Shown in pieces: positions 13,630 to 25,158 of a stretch of 64,000 nt of DNA. Both the position numbers and the translations under genes were made by a program. The notes under the pieces were generated by a model. It was not told where the DNA came from. It made no database searches and worked only from the letters and a program-made list of their open reading frames with translations. The DNA is from Lama glama (Eukaryota). Where the stretch lies: the NCBI GenBank assembly GCA_028534125.1, contig CM052832.1, forward strand, positions 22,446,001-22,510,000. Reading direction: 5' to 3'. The stretch's first letter is position 1; each line of letters opens with the position of its first letter.

Positions 13630-13980
13630 CGACAGTATAGTAGCTTCCATAATCTATAGAATCAGGTAGATCTGGGCTTGATACCTGGCTGTGCTTTTTT
13701 TTTTTTAACTGAAGTATGGTCAATTACAATGTCAATTTCTGGTGTACAGCACAATGTCCCAGTCATGCATATACATACATATGTTCATTTTCATATTTGG
13801 GTCTGCTTCTTTACTGGGTGAGTGACCTTGGACTAGCTACTAAACTCTCTGAATAACAAGGCCCTCATTTCTAAAATACGGATAATAATTGGTTTGTTGA
13901 AATTGTTAAGAAAATTAGAAAATGCATATGAAATTCCAAAGCATAGCAGTACCATGGAGTAGGCATGATAGTTCACTCAC
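13630..13980 (+). mobile_element. MIR SINE interrupted by a young L1 stub
   Basis: AGATCTGGGCTTGATACCTGGCT...GTGACCTTGGACTAGCTACTAAACTCTCTGA...CTCATTTCTAAAAT core. Confidence 0.65.
13695..13797 (-). mobile_element. ~100-bp young camelid-type L1 3' stub
   Basis: Poly(T), then GAAGTATGGTCAATTACAATG...TCTGGTGTACAGCACAATGTCCCAGTCATGCATATACATACATATG. Near-identical copies at 38390 and 61023. Confidence 0.8.
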
Positions 13981-15334
13981 AGAGTTGTTGGCACAGAGAC
14001 GTCTCCAACCACTCTTCTTTCCTCTCAATACACCTAGAGTCCTTTCCACCCTGTTGCCTTTAATCATATTCATGTAATTAATTACCATCACCTGGAATTA
14101 ATGTATTTTAATATATTATCTGGAGTACATTTTAATACATATCTGAAAGTGAGGGTATTTTGAAGCATCACTGATGTGAATTTATTCCAAAAGTACCAAA
14201 AATGACCTTTTTACTTTTCTCACAATATGTCCAGAATAAAATATCAGTAGGAGCTGCCTGTTCAAACTAAAAATCTATTAGTTTTTTTTTTAATTCCTTG
14301 CCAAGGAGAGAGGGTTACAGCTTTATATCTGTGTGGCTGGTAGCCTCCCTTGTGATAAGCAAGACAGCTTAGCAGGGTCCTGAGTCACCAGCAAGACCCC
14401 CAACTGCTTCAGTCAATGCACAGAATGCTGGCAGAGGAAAAGCTTTTGAATTTATTATCCCAAACCTTTATTTTGGGGGGCCATCTTTTCTTTCTTCCAC
14501 ACCGTCTTCTTTTAAGTGTAAAGTTCTACTGTACCATATTGAAAGACAAATATCATGAGATATGCACCATTTTAAAAGAATGTCTATATTCCAGATTATT
14601 TTGAAATACCCCTCATGGCTAAAATGAGTATCATTGGCCAAGAGACTTTCATTAACCTAAAAAACATATTAGAGAACGATTTTTATATCAAAAATACATT
14701 ATATGAGCATGTTCAATTTTTAGTCTATGTACTTCAAATATTAGTACTTAGGAGAATTTTAACATGTTTCCTTTTATAAGAAAAAGAAATTGAACCTTTG
14801 TTCTTTACTTAAAACTATTTAGATGTTTTGTGCCTGAACCCTCCTTATGTATTTTCTGCCTCAATTTTAACATCTCATTCTTATAAGGATAGTTTTCCTC
14901 CTGGTTATCGTCAGAAAATTGGCAATATTCTTAAAGAATGAAATTTGTTTTATTTTCTGCATTAAAATAATAGTTTGTCTTACAGTAGTCTTTCTAAATA
15001 TCAGGGAAAACACTGTTGAGCTGGATAGTCCTACAACAACTTAAGCAAACAAAATACATTTTGCAGTTTTATTTATCATCACAAGCAAAACATTCTCTTT
15101 ACAACCTCTTGCTACTCTCTTACTGGAAAGAAATCTTAATTTAATAATTATACATTGATCACTTATTAAAACCAGGCACTGAAGATATCAATCAGCGTGA
15201 CCTGACCAGTCCCTGCACTCAAGGAACTCATGGGTCCAGGTGCCATGGGCACTTCCCGCTTCCTAAAGGCTTTGGAAGAGACATTCTCACAGGTTAGTTT
15301 GTATTTTTCTTCTTCTCCTCCTCCTCTCCCTTCT

Positions 15335-15780
15335 TTTTAATAAACTTTAGTTTTTAGAACAATTTTAGATTTATAGAATCATTGGAAAGACAGTACAGAG
15401 AGATTCCATATACACACACCAGCTTCCCCTATTACTAATATCTTACCTTGAAATGGTACATATAATTGTAATTAATGAACCAATCCCAACACACTGTTAT
15501 TAAGTCTATACTTAATCAGATTTCTTTAGTTCCCATTAATGTCATTTTTCTGTTCCAAGATCTCATCCAGAACACCACTTTATATTTAGTTGCCATGTTT
15601 CCTTAAGACTCTTCTTGGCTGCAATGGTTTCTCAGATGCTCCTTGTTTTTAATGGTCTTTGATAGTTTTTTGTTTTCTTTATTGAAGTATAATTGACCTA
15701 CGACATCATTACTTTCAGGTGTGCAACCTCATGACTGGCTATTCTTCTGCATTACAAAATAATCACCATAACAAGTGAAC
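15335..15780 (-). mobile_element. L1MC-like 3' end plus a short younger L1 3' stub (~15670-15780)
   Basis: TTTTAGATTTATAGAA...ACAGTACAGAGAG...CAGCTTCCCCTATTACTAATATCTTAC, then TTTATTGAAGTATAATTGAC. Confidence 0.65.
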
Positions 15781-16349
15781 TTTGATATTTTTCAGGATTC
15801 GTTTGATTTTGCCTGAAAAATAAAGACAGAAGCACTTGATTAAAGGCTGAAACTCACAACTCGTGATTGTTTGTCTAGCTGAGGCAGGACTCGCACTCAA
15901 GCTAGATGGCCCTTTGGTGAGGGCTATGCAGAGTTGAGTCAGTGGCTCCTGAGTACTTCATCATGGCCCCGCATCACTGAGCACCTCCAAAAGCAGCTGT
16001 ATTTCAGACCATTCTCCTGACTCTGGGCAGTGACGGGTGGCCTCTCTGAACCTTTTCTGGTCTACCTGTCTCTCCAGATTCCAAATATTTCTTTGTGCCC
16101 AAAGTCCTAGTCGTTTCTTTTGACTAGCAATGAAGTCCAAGTTTTTATCAGCAGAAATCTTGTATCTCCTTACTCAAGGGCAGAGAGAACTCAGTCTTCA
16201 AAAACCACAATTGCCTGTTCTCCGCTTCTGGGGGAGGAGGGCGGTTGTTTGCATTTCATCCTTCCAGAACTTCTAACAACTTCTAGTGCAGCAAAGAAAA
16301 GACAAAACAGCCAAGTTTACCTCTCAAAACAGATTTAACATTCATATTC

Positions 16350-16720
16350 TGCGAGACATAATCACAGCAGCAGAGTCAGTACTGTTAACAGAGGTGTGCA
16401 CAAGACCCTGGTTGAGCAGAGAGGAGGGAGAAATGAAATCCATCGCCTAGGAGAAGGAAGAGGGGCGAGGGTGGGATCAGCAGATACCGTGAGCCTCCTC
16501 ATAGGTAATGTCTGAACTGAGCCTCCAATAGTGTGTCGTGGGCAGTGCCAGCATCTCAGACAGAAGCCTCAGCAAAGACACAAGGACATGAACAAAGGCA
16601 TGTTTAAGGACCTGTAGTTCTGAATTGGTGCAGTGTAGAGGGAATATGAAGGAGAGGAGAGGAAGTTGGAAAGACAAGCAGAAATCAATCAGATTGGAAA
16701 GTACCTTTTCGTCACTCTAA
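16350..16720 (-). mobile_element. L2 fragment
   Basis: GAGCAGAGAGGAGGGAGA...GTCTGAACTGAGCCT...AGCAAAGACACAAGGACATGAA. Confidence 0.5.
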
Positions 16721-17048
16721 GGTCTAAGATTGCTGTTGAATGCTCTGAGGTTAGGTCACCTTGCTGGCAGAGCAGCACGGTTTCAGACCTAGACCAGAAA
16801 GAGTTAGGATAAAATGGTTAGGAGTCAGTGCACTCAGGGAAGAGAGCTGTCATCCCAAATGGGACCATTTGGTAAAATGGTAAAACAGCACATTTAAATC
16901 TTGACTTTTAAAGTTGTTGGCTTGCTCTGCCTGTGGGTTGACTAAAAGTTGGCAATGTAGGATTTAAAACTAGGTTATATAAGACCTTAAAACTTGAGCT
17001 GCGTAGATGGAGATGCTCTTTGGTCCAAGAGGAGTCCAGGAGGCTATT

Positions 17049-17062
17049 TGCCCTCTAGTGGC
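17049..17062 (-). promoter_or_regulatory. CTCF core motif
   Basis: The minus strand reads GCCACTAGAGGGCA, matching CCASYAGRKGGCR. Confidence 0.6.
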
Positions 17063-18329
17063 AACCACAAAGCATTTTCCACTTTGCTAGAAACAGGATT
17101 AGAATATACAGCACAGAACAAATCATCTCAAGAAGCTAGCGCTCACTGGACTTCATGAAGCTATCTGAATTACTGCCTAGACTTGAATATCTAGCTTAAT
17201 ACACAAGCCTAAATGAATTCATTGAAACAGAAAAAAAGATGTTTAATAATAAAAACAACCTATCATATATACCACTAGATTATATCACTCTCATTGAAAT
17301 TATTTACTGCAAATTTTCAGTATTATGTTCAATAGGTAAAAATGTAGTATTGTATCATGATATCTTTAGCTAAGATTTTCATGTAGAGATTTAATCGTTT
17401 AAAATGTATAACAGGAGGATATTTGGAGGTAGAGAGCTAAGTGTCCTTGCATATTCAAGAATCCATCTGAGGCTCTCTCATGGTTCGCTTAGATTCCACA
17501 CTTGCCATCCAGAGAACTTTGGCTACAATTTAGCATTATAGTTTCCAGCTCATGTCTTTCTTTTTCTTTTCCATATAAATGGTTTATATTCTATTGAGGA
17601 ACTTTTGGTATTTTAAAGCTTTTAATCTTTAAAATGTTTAGTCTTTTGAGAAGTAAGGCTTTCTCCTGCCTTTGCTAAAGGCATTTCACAGAAACATCTC
17701 ATTATTTATTTATACGGGTAGATCTCTGGAATAAGGTAACATTACCATTGGCCTGCTGTAGCCTCTGCACACATGACTACATTCATAATTGATGGAAGGG
17801 TCTATGCTACTGTTGCAGTTAGAACAAGCCTAAGGTCAGCTCTCTGGAAAAGTAAATCATGTCATTATGTTTGTTAAGAAATGAATAAGCGGCCTAAGTT
17901 AAAAATTATCTACAAGGAGACATGCAGGTAGCATGGGTACAGGAAAAGAGAAGGAAGTAGGGGAAGGAAGACAGAAAGCAAACTGAGGAAAACAAGTCTG
18001 GAAGACTGTTTTGAACCATGCATGCCTTGCTAAGAAAGCGATTTTAATTTTCTTTCTGAGTTCTCTCTCTTGTTGGAGCAGGTTAATGATTGACCGCTAC
18101 GTTAGCCATTTTTGCTGGCAGTTAAGCCCTTAGTGAAACTGAAAGTCTTTGAGAATTAAATTGCCTTAGGAAATTCTGGCCAGATGAACATCCAACGGGC
18201 AGGTGAGGTTTTTCCTAGAATGCTTCTGCCCAGGTTTCCTTCCCTTTGAATGACATTATCTCATTAGAGAGTTCTTGTCCATACAATGGATGACTAGTGA
18301 TGGGATGTAGAATTACTGACATAGAAAGA

Positions 18330-19900
18330 TATTCACCTGTAGCTTAGTGTAGGGGGAAGCAAGTTATAAAATACACACAGAGTGTAATGCCATTTTATGA
18401 TACATACACATATATATATGTCGATGTAGATAGTCATGTATAGAAAATCATCTAGATTTGCTCTAAATATTAATAGGATTGTCTCAAGTTGGTGGATTGT
18501 GGATAATCTTAGTCTGCCCTCTCCTTTTGTAGTTATCTGTATTTTAAAAACTATTTTTTTAAAAGAGGATATAAATGTTTTCTTAAAACAGAAAAGATAG
18601 TTACAGTGTAGGTAGGTGACTGTTTGAAAATACTTATATTTATGTGTATGCATACAATTGATCTGGGTTTTAAAAAATTATTCAGAATCTTTCAAGAACT
18701 TAAAAAAGTAAACGTGAATGCTAATCTGACTTTAGAGTGGTACAGACTTTTTTCATGTGTTAAAGCAATAAAAAAACCCAAACTACCATAATATATTAAT
18801 TTATTTTATCACATGATTTTTAAAGCCCCTACAGGTTTTCAAATGGAAATACTGCTTAAATAAGGATTAAAGACACATACGAAACTCAGATAAAATATTT
18901 ACAATATATAGGACCAGTTAAAAATGCTTGCTAGGCACAGCACCTGGATCAAGGTAAGTGTTTAATAAATATAAGCCACTATTATTAGTTATGTTAATAA
19001 AAATAAGCCGTTTACTGCAAATCAGTAAGAAAAACAAAAATTCTCCAAAACTGGACAAATGAACAAACAAGTCCCTAATCATGCAGTGGCTAATGGAATC
19101 AATTTTTAACGATCTAATAGTTACAGAAATGCACGTTAAAATTATGTATGTATATGTACCTCTATACACACACCCCCACACACCATTCTTTACCTATCAA
19201 ATTAACAAAGATTTATTTAAAAGAGGAAAAAAATTGTTTCCAGTGCTGGCAAGGTTTCAGAGAAAGGGGTACTTACATACTATGCAAGTGAGAAAATGAA
19301 TCAATACAAACTTTTAGATGGTAATTTGTCAGTAAATATTAAAACCTGAAAAATATTTACGCCTTTCAACTCAACAATCCTAGGAGTTTGACATAAAGAA
19401 GCTATCAGGAATGTTAACATACATACTTTAAAGACCCAGTCATTTCACTTGCAGGGATTGATCCCAGAAAGAAACGCACATGTGTAAAATGACACAGATG
19501 TGGGGTTATTTATGCAGCTTTGTAATAAAAGATTGGAAACAATGTAGGTCACCATCAATAGGAGTGAGATAAATAACTTACAGTGCTTTCAGACAACAGA
19601 AAATCATTATGGAGGTATAACAAAATGAAAAAGAATGTGGCTGATATAGAAAAAACCTTGCAATATTTTTAAATTATAAAAAAAGATACAGGATAACGTA
19701 AAACTGGGGAAAATAAGAATCTATTTCTACTTGCTTGTGTAGTCATAAAAAACTACTCTGGAAGGGTACCCAAGAACTTAATGAGTGACTTCTGTGGGGT
19801 ATGAGTGGGAAATGAAGCAGATGCAGGACAAGGATGAGGGGAGAATTTTCTTTCATTTGGTTTTTGAACACGTGAATGCATTCTTTTTTTTTTTAACTGA
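18330..19900 (+). mobile_element. patchwork of old L1ME/MC 3' fragments
   Basis: AAAACTGGACAAATGAAC, GAAATGCACGTTAAAAT, TTTACCTATCAAATTAACAAAGAT, CTCTGGAAGGGTACCCAAGAACT. Confidence 0.55.
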
Positions 19901-20669
19901 ATGAATGAATTGAACTTTAAAAAATACTCATAGAATGCAGCTATAATATAGTGTGGAAAAGCCAAGTACCTTTTAAATATCCAGACTGAATAAATACAGT
20001 GCCTGAAATTAACTGTGCTTACCCTTTCCTCTTTGAAGACAGAAAATTGCTTTTGTTCTCTTGGCATCCTCATCCCTGAAAAAGTACCTGCACATAGTAG
20101 GTACTCAATTATTTTTAGCGAAATGAATGAATCAATGAAGGTTTAAAAGTTAAGTTAGTCACCAAAGAAAAAGCCATAAGGACTTCTCACTTTGAGGATT
20201 TTTTTTTCAGCAAAAACTAAAATTATTTTTTGAGAGAAGACTGAAAATAAAAGTTCGAAGGGTCCAAGTAGCTATTTTAAGTACTTACCTCTTTCATCAG
20301 CTATACTCCTAAAGATGCTGTTAATTTTAATTGTTCAAGCTAAGATAAAATCAAGTAAAGTAACTGCCGCCCTATGGTACCATATAGCTTCATAAACTAG
20401 GTTTATCATTTCCATCGAATAACGTGCCAAATCACTTTTCCCTTTCTTGCCAATGAGAGATATCAGGATATGTTCACAACTAAGCCGTGACAGTTAATGA
20501 GGGATAGAAGACACAGAGCTTCGAGAATGTGCTATAAACCATCAAATCCACCACAAAATACACCAAGTATTAAAAATGATCTAGCGTTCATATAATAGTT
20601 AGCACTCGGGGAAATGTTCAGGGGCAGAAATGAAGTCTACGAAACGAGCTGGTGACTGTATATTAGGAT

Positions 20670-20857
20670 TAGTGATTCTCAACACTGGCTGCACATTATA
20701 ATCACCTGGGGAGCTTTTAAAAATACTGATGCCAGGGCTCTGCTCCCAGAGAGTCGGATTAAATTCATGTGGGGTGCAGCCCAGACATTTCTTTTTTTTT
20801 AAAAAAGGAAAAGCTCCTGGGGTGATGCCGTGTGGAGTCAGGGTTGAAAAACATTGC
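20670..20857. mobile_element. MER5A-like hAT MITE
   Basis: AGTGATTCTCAACACTGGCTGCACATTATAATCACCTGGGGAGCTTTTAAAAATACTGATGCC...GGGTTGAAAAACATTG. Confidence 0.8.
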
Positions 20858-21581
20858 ATTGGAATATAAGAAGGATGGAGGGAGTTCTCTTACAGAAAAA
20901 GGATGGCTTAGCTGGTTCCAGCCATTATAACTTAGATAAAACCAACATTTTTCAGATTAAATCTTCCCCTCTATTTCCTCATCTCCCTTGCCCAGACCTT
21001 ATCCAAAACTCCATGCTTGGACTATAAAATTATTTCGTATAGGTCTGTCTTGTTTTTATTCTTCGTTCATATTTCCACCTTGTACAACAATAACAAATGG
21101 CTTCCCTTATATCGAGAACTCTGCTATCTACAGAATGTACGCATTGGCTTCCACTCCGAGCTTGGCCATCACCCAGTGGAATCATTTTGCTGCTCAGTTT
21201 CTTCATCCACAACAAATCAGTAGGGACCGACAACTTCTAAGTTTCTTGGCAGCTCTGAAATTGTAAATTTTCTGCTTCATTGCCATACTACCCATCCACC
21301 CATATATACCCAATCTCATCTTTTGTAGTGCCCCCCAAATATTTCTTAATTGAAGTCAAACAAAATCCTCTCCACTGCCCTACTTATTTCTTGCTCCTTC
21401 CCCTTCACTGCTGTTTTTATTTATGCTGTTTCCTGTCCTGAAAATGTTTTCATTTCCCTCAGCCTATCATCTCCTCAGTCACCTGGCTCAAGCTCACCTC
21501 CTCCAGAGGCTTTCAGGAAATGATTTCACTTTACATCCATCATATTCTTATTTTAAGACTTCCTAAATACTTTGTAGTGTA

Positions 21582-21725
21582 GACCCTCTTTACTCAAAGT
21601 GTGGTCCATGGGCCCGCAACACGTGGACGCCTATTCTTCATCCAGAGTTCCAACCCGCAGCTGAGTCTGCATTTCAACCAGATGCCAGGTGACTTGAATG
21701 TATATCACACTTTGAGACGCACTGG
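21582..21725. mobile_element. MER5-like hAT MITE nested in an L2 fragment
   Basis: TACTCAAAGTGTGGTCC...TCTGCATTTCAACCAGATGCCAGGTGA...TTTGAGACGCACTG. Confidence 0.6.
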
Positions 21726-22906
21726 TCTATAACAGTTCATTAGCATCTCCTTTTGTTTTCTAGTTTAGGTATTACTTTTATATCTTTAAAGTTTTTCAGG
21801 CCAGAGATCCTATCTTAACAAATAAAATATCTCTGGTACTTACTATGTATTCACATAGCAGACACTCAGAACTGTTTGTTGAATGAATGATCATCATGTT
21901 TACCAGATAGAATTATAGAAATAGTAAACTCAAAATTTAGTTTTAAAGGTTGATAAATACAATGCTGAGCTTATAGAACCTTAGGGACCTTAAGAGAACA
22001 GTTCACCAAATCGACCCCTTTTTCAGATGGAGAAACAGGAGGCCCAGTGAGGGAAACGACTGCAGGAGGGAGGGCAGATTTAATATCTATAGTACTCAGG
22101 TGATACACTTAAGTTTTCCAGTTTCAGTAACAATGCATCACCAATGTTGACACTGCCAAAAGCCAACAAGTAAGTACCCAAATTATATACTTAGGAATTC
22201 AAAGGTATTCATTTAACTCAGGCCTTTACTCAAAGATTATTTGCTCTTGCTTTGTAGATTACCCATCACAATTCAGAGTCCTTACCATGTGTCTGGGAGA
22301 GAGCTAAACGCTGGGGATACTGATTAACCATGACGTGGTGCTTGGCCTTCTGGAGGTCACTGTCTAATGGACAGCACGAAGGGACAGAGAAAAAAAGAAA
22401 GCATAAAAACACTGAAAAATTGGAGCCTTTCAGCTTCTACGCCTTTCAAGGTACTGTACAGTACAGCACAATGGAAAAAAGGAAGAAAATGCAGTCCGCT
22501 CCAGGCCGAATCACGGGTTCCTTACATGTCTTTCTTCCCTGTACAATTTTGAGCTCTTTTGAGCCCTATGATTTTTTTATTTTTATTTTTAAAATTTTTT
22601 GTTGTGATACTAGCACAATGCAGAGCACACAGTAAGGCCGCAGTGAAGGAATCCCACACTTTGGAGGTCCACTTTATCTACAAGGGCAAGTTTTATTTTG
22701 TTTTCCCTTTTTTAATGAGTAAGTGACATAGTCACTAAGTGGAAAACAGGTCTTCTCTAAGGGAACCCTGCCCAGCTCCCGGGCCCCCCTGCAGAGCGCG
22801 CGCCCGTGGGGGACCCGGCTGAAAGCCAGTGGGCCACTCCCGGTGCGAAGAGCCAGGAGCATCAGCCCCGCCTCGCCGGGGACGCGCCGGCCGCCCGGGG
22901 ACCCGC

Positions 22907-22931
22907 GGGGCGGGGCGGGGCGGGGCGGAGG
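22907..22931 (+). promoter_or_regulatory. tandem Sp/KLF GC boxes; (GGGGC)4 G-quadruplex motif
   Basis: GGGGCGGGGCGGGGCGGGGCGGAGG. Confidence 0.8.
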
Positions 22932-23017
22932 TGCCTCCCCCCCGCCGGCCGGGGCCGCGCGGCTCCGGCGCATTCCTGCGCCCTCCTCCCGCGCCGCGCT
23001 CTCCCGACAGCTGATTC

Positions 23018-23022
23018 ATTGG
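23018..23022 (-). promoter_or_regulatory. CCAAT box (NF-Y)
   Basis: The minus strand reads AGCCAATGA, ~35 bp upstream of the CRE. Confidence 0.6.
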
Positions 23023-23054
23023 CTCGGCCGCCCAGACTGCCTGGCGCCGGCCGC

Positions 23055-23064
23055 GTGACGTCAC
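23055..23064. promoter_or_regulatory. full palindromic CRE (CREB/ATF)
   Basis: GTGACGTCAC inside the CpG island. Confidence 0.75.
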
Positions 23065-23110
23065 CCATTCACCGAGCCCGCCTCCCCCCTCCGCTGGCGC
23101 CGGTCGGGCG

Positions 23111-23124
23111 GTCGCCCTGGCAAC
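23111..23124. promoter_or_regulatory. RFX X-box
   Basis: GTCGCCCTGGCAAC versus consensus GTTGCCATGGCAAC (12/14). Confidence 0.65.
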
Positions 23125-23214
23125 GCAGACGCCAGCCGGCACAATGACTTCCAGCTGGAGCAGCCCCGGCGGCCCGCGCGCTCCCTCGCTCGCGCGGAGC
23201 CTGGGAGCGCGGGG
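23120..23214 (+). other. putative first exon (probably 5'UTR, contains an ATG at 23144)
   Basis: Lies downstream of the promoter motifs. Candidate donor GG|GTGGGT at 23215-23220, after which GC content drops. The start position is a guess. Confidence 0.4.
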
Positions 23215-24990
23215 GTGGGTTTCTTTCTCTCTCTTTTTTTCCAGGCTCCTGCGGGTTCCCCCTGCCGGGAAATGCATTCTCTCTAGTTTTATAGGGCTTT
23301 AGTCCCAGTCTCTTCGGAAGCGTGCTTGCAGGCTCCCCTTCTCCGGCGCGGTCTCCCTGGGCTCTGTGTTTTGCTGGGCAACATCCCATGCTAGGCTCGG
23401 CCGACCGACTGGTGGTGGCGTTCAGCCCTTGCAGCGCTAACACCTGCGGAGTCCAGGCTCCTGCCAAAAGGCGTAAAGCAAAAGAAGGAAAAATTTATTG
23501 CCATAATAGCGAAAATGATAAACCTCAGCTGTCTCAGGGAAGAATGTCGCAGTAGGCGTTGATTACCTCCCACAATCACAAAACAACTTTCTTTAAAAGA
23601 ATTTTGCACTTTCCCTTCCTAAAACGCGGTGGTTCTTATTTTGATTTTAAATCATACTTCACGACAGTTAGGAACTGAACGCTTCCAGAAAGATAAATCT
23701 TTCTAGAAGAGAAAACAGATCTCGGAAGTTGTAGTGCTGTAAATTAGGATGGAGAGTGTGTGAGGGTCAGGAGGTATTTGGAAGGAGGGAGGAAAGGAGG
23801 GAGACGGAGGGAGAGAGAAAGAAAGGGAAGGAGAGATGGAAGAGATTGGTGGTTTTCGGGGCAAGGCAAATTGTTCGGTACGCAACCCACTTCCACCCTC
23901 ACTCCACACACATCCAGAAATCTTTAAGCCCTGAGGTCCGGGCCCCGCGGGGGTGGCGGGTTGGGGGCGGGGGAAGACATAGCTATTGGCCAGAGTTGGG
24001 TGGGAGGTAATTCCTTATGCTTTATTTCGCTTTTTTTGACAAACTTCTTCAAAACAGCTGCATTTTTTGGAATTAAGTCCACAACTGAGAACTAAACGAA
24101 ACCCTCCCACGGATAGCATAAATTTGCATTGTTGAAGCTGCTCTTTTTCGGGTTCCATGAGCCCAGAGGACCCAAATTCCCCTTTCCAGCTTTTGCAAAA
24201 ATACCTCCAGTAAAAAAACAAGCACTTTGGCCCTTTTCAACTTGCTGTTAGTCCGGAGCTCAGCATATCCTTTTTGCTTTGTTATTTATTGGTTAAATAT
24301 TTAGTTCTGTCTTCAAACGGATTTTAAACCCTTCGAAGGCAGAGAAGGACTTTTTCTAAACTTTAAAAGTTCTGGCCCAGCTGAGTATCTTGATGATGGT
24401 GCTAAGGAATGATTACTAACCAGACATAAGGCATAGTTCAGTGCAGAGAGACTAGACTAATAGTAGTTGATGATCATTAATAAAAAATAACTAATATATT
24501 AGAATTCATGATCAAGATTGGAATATTTACTTTTCACGTGTTTCCCAGGAAACGGCTGGTAGCAGTTTACTGAAAAATAATGAAATAAAATAAAAATTCC
24601 AGACTCATTTTGTTACGCATCAAAAGTGAGGACTGTGTGAGACATTAATTTTCTAAAATTGTTGCATATTTAAGTGTGATTGTAATTCTCCTTAGCATTT
24701 TAAAATTATAACATTGATGCCAAATGCTTTAGAATCCAAAGAACAGTTTATTGGGTTTGCCTTTTTTTTTTTTTTTGTATGAAAGTGTCTCTAACATAAT
24801 GGATGAGTGATTATCCCATCCACATTATTTGGATTCACTTAAATGCCAGGATTCAACATGGGGGGAGGGGGATCTTCAAGATAGCAAAAACAGATTTGCA
24901 CATTTATTTTTTCCCCCTTCCTTTCTGTCTTCAACTAGACTTAATCACAGGTGTTTCACTCACCTGTAGTTTCAGTGGTAACATTAGCTG

Positions 24991-25130
24991 CCAGTGGTTC
25001 CCAACCCTAGCCACACTTCAGAATTCCATGAACTTAAAAAAAAAAAAAATAAATAAAAATAAAATACAGTGCTAGGTTCCTTCCCTAGAGATTTTTATTT
25101 ACTTGGTTTGGGGTATGGCCTGGGCATCTA
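24991..25130. mobile_element. MER5A-like fragment
   Basis: CCAGTGGTTCCCAACCCTAGCCACACTTCAGAAT...TTGGTTTGGGGTATGGCCTGGGCATC. Confidence 0.6.
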
Positions 25131-25158
25131 CTGAAAGAAAAAATCAAAAAACAAAAAC

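Larger units (their letters stand above)
22770..23480 (+). promoter_or_regulatory. CpG-island promoter of an unidentified gene
   Basis: Abrupt GC- and CpG-rich block in an AT-rich, CpG-depleted background, containing GC boxes, CCAAT, CRE and X-box. The strand is inferred from motif order and a downstream donor site. Confidence 0.9.

Noticed and set aside
23011..23124. MHC class II-like SXY module (X, X2/CRE, Y)
   Set aside because: Spacing and orientation differ from the canonical module, where X and X2 abut and Y lies ~20 bp away.
23221..23244. Acceptor-like pyrimidine tract plus CAG right after the candidate donor
   Set aside because: It would define a 30-nt intron, too short to splice; no supported upstream donor.
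22674..23609. Cluster of overlapping ORFs up to 180 aa
   Set aside because: Pro/Gly/Arg/Ala-rich in all frames, as expected from stop-codon scarcity in a CpG island; no recognisable protein.
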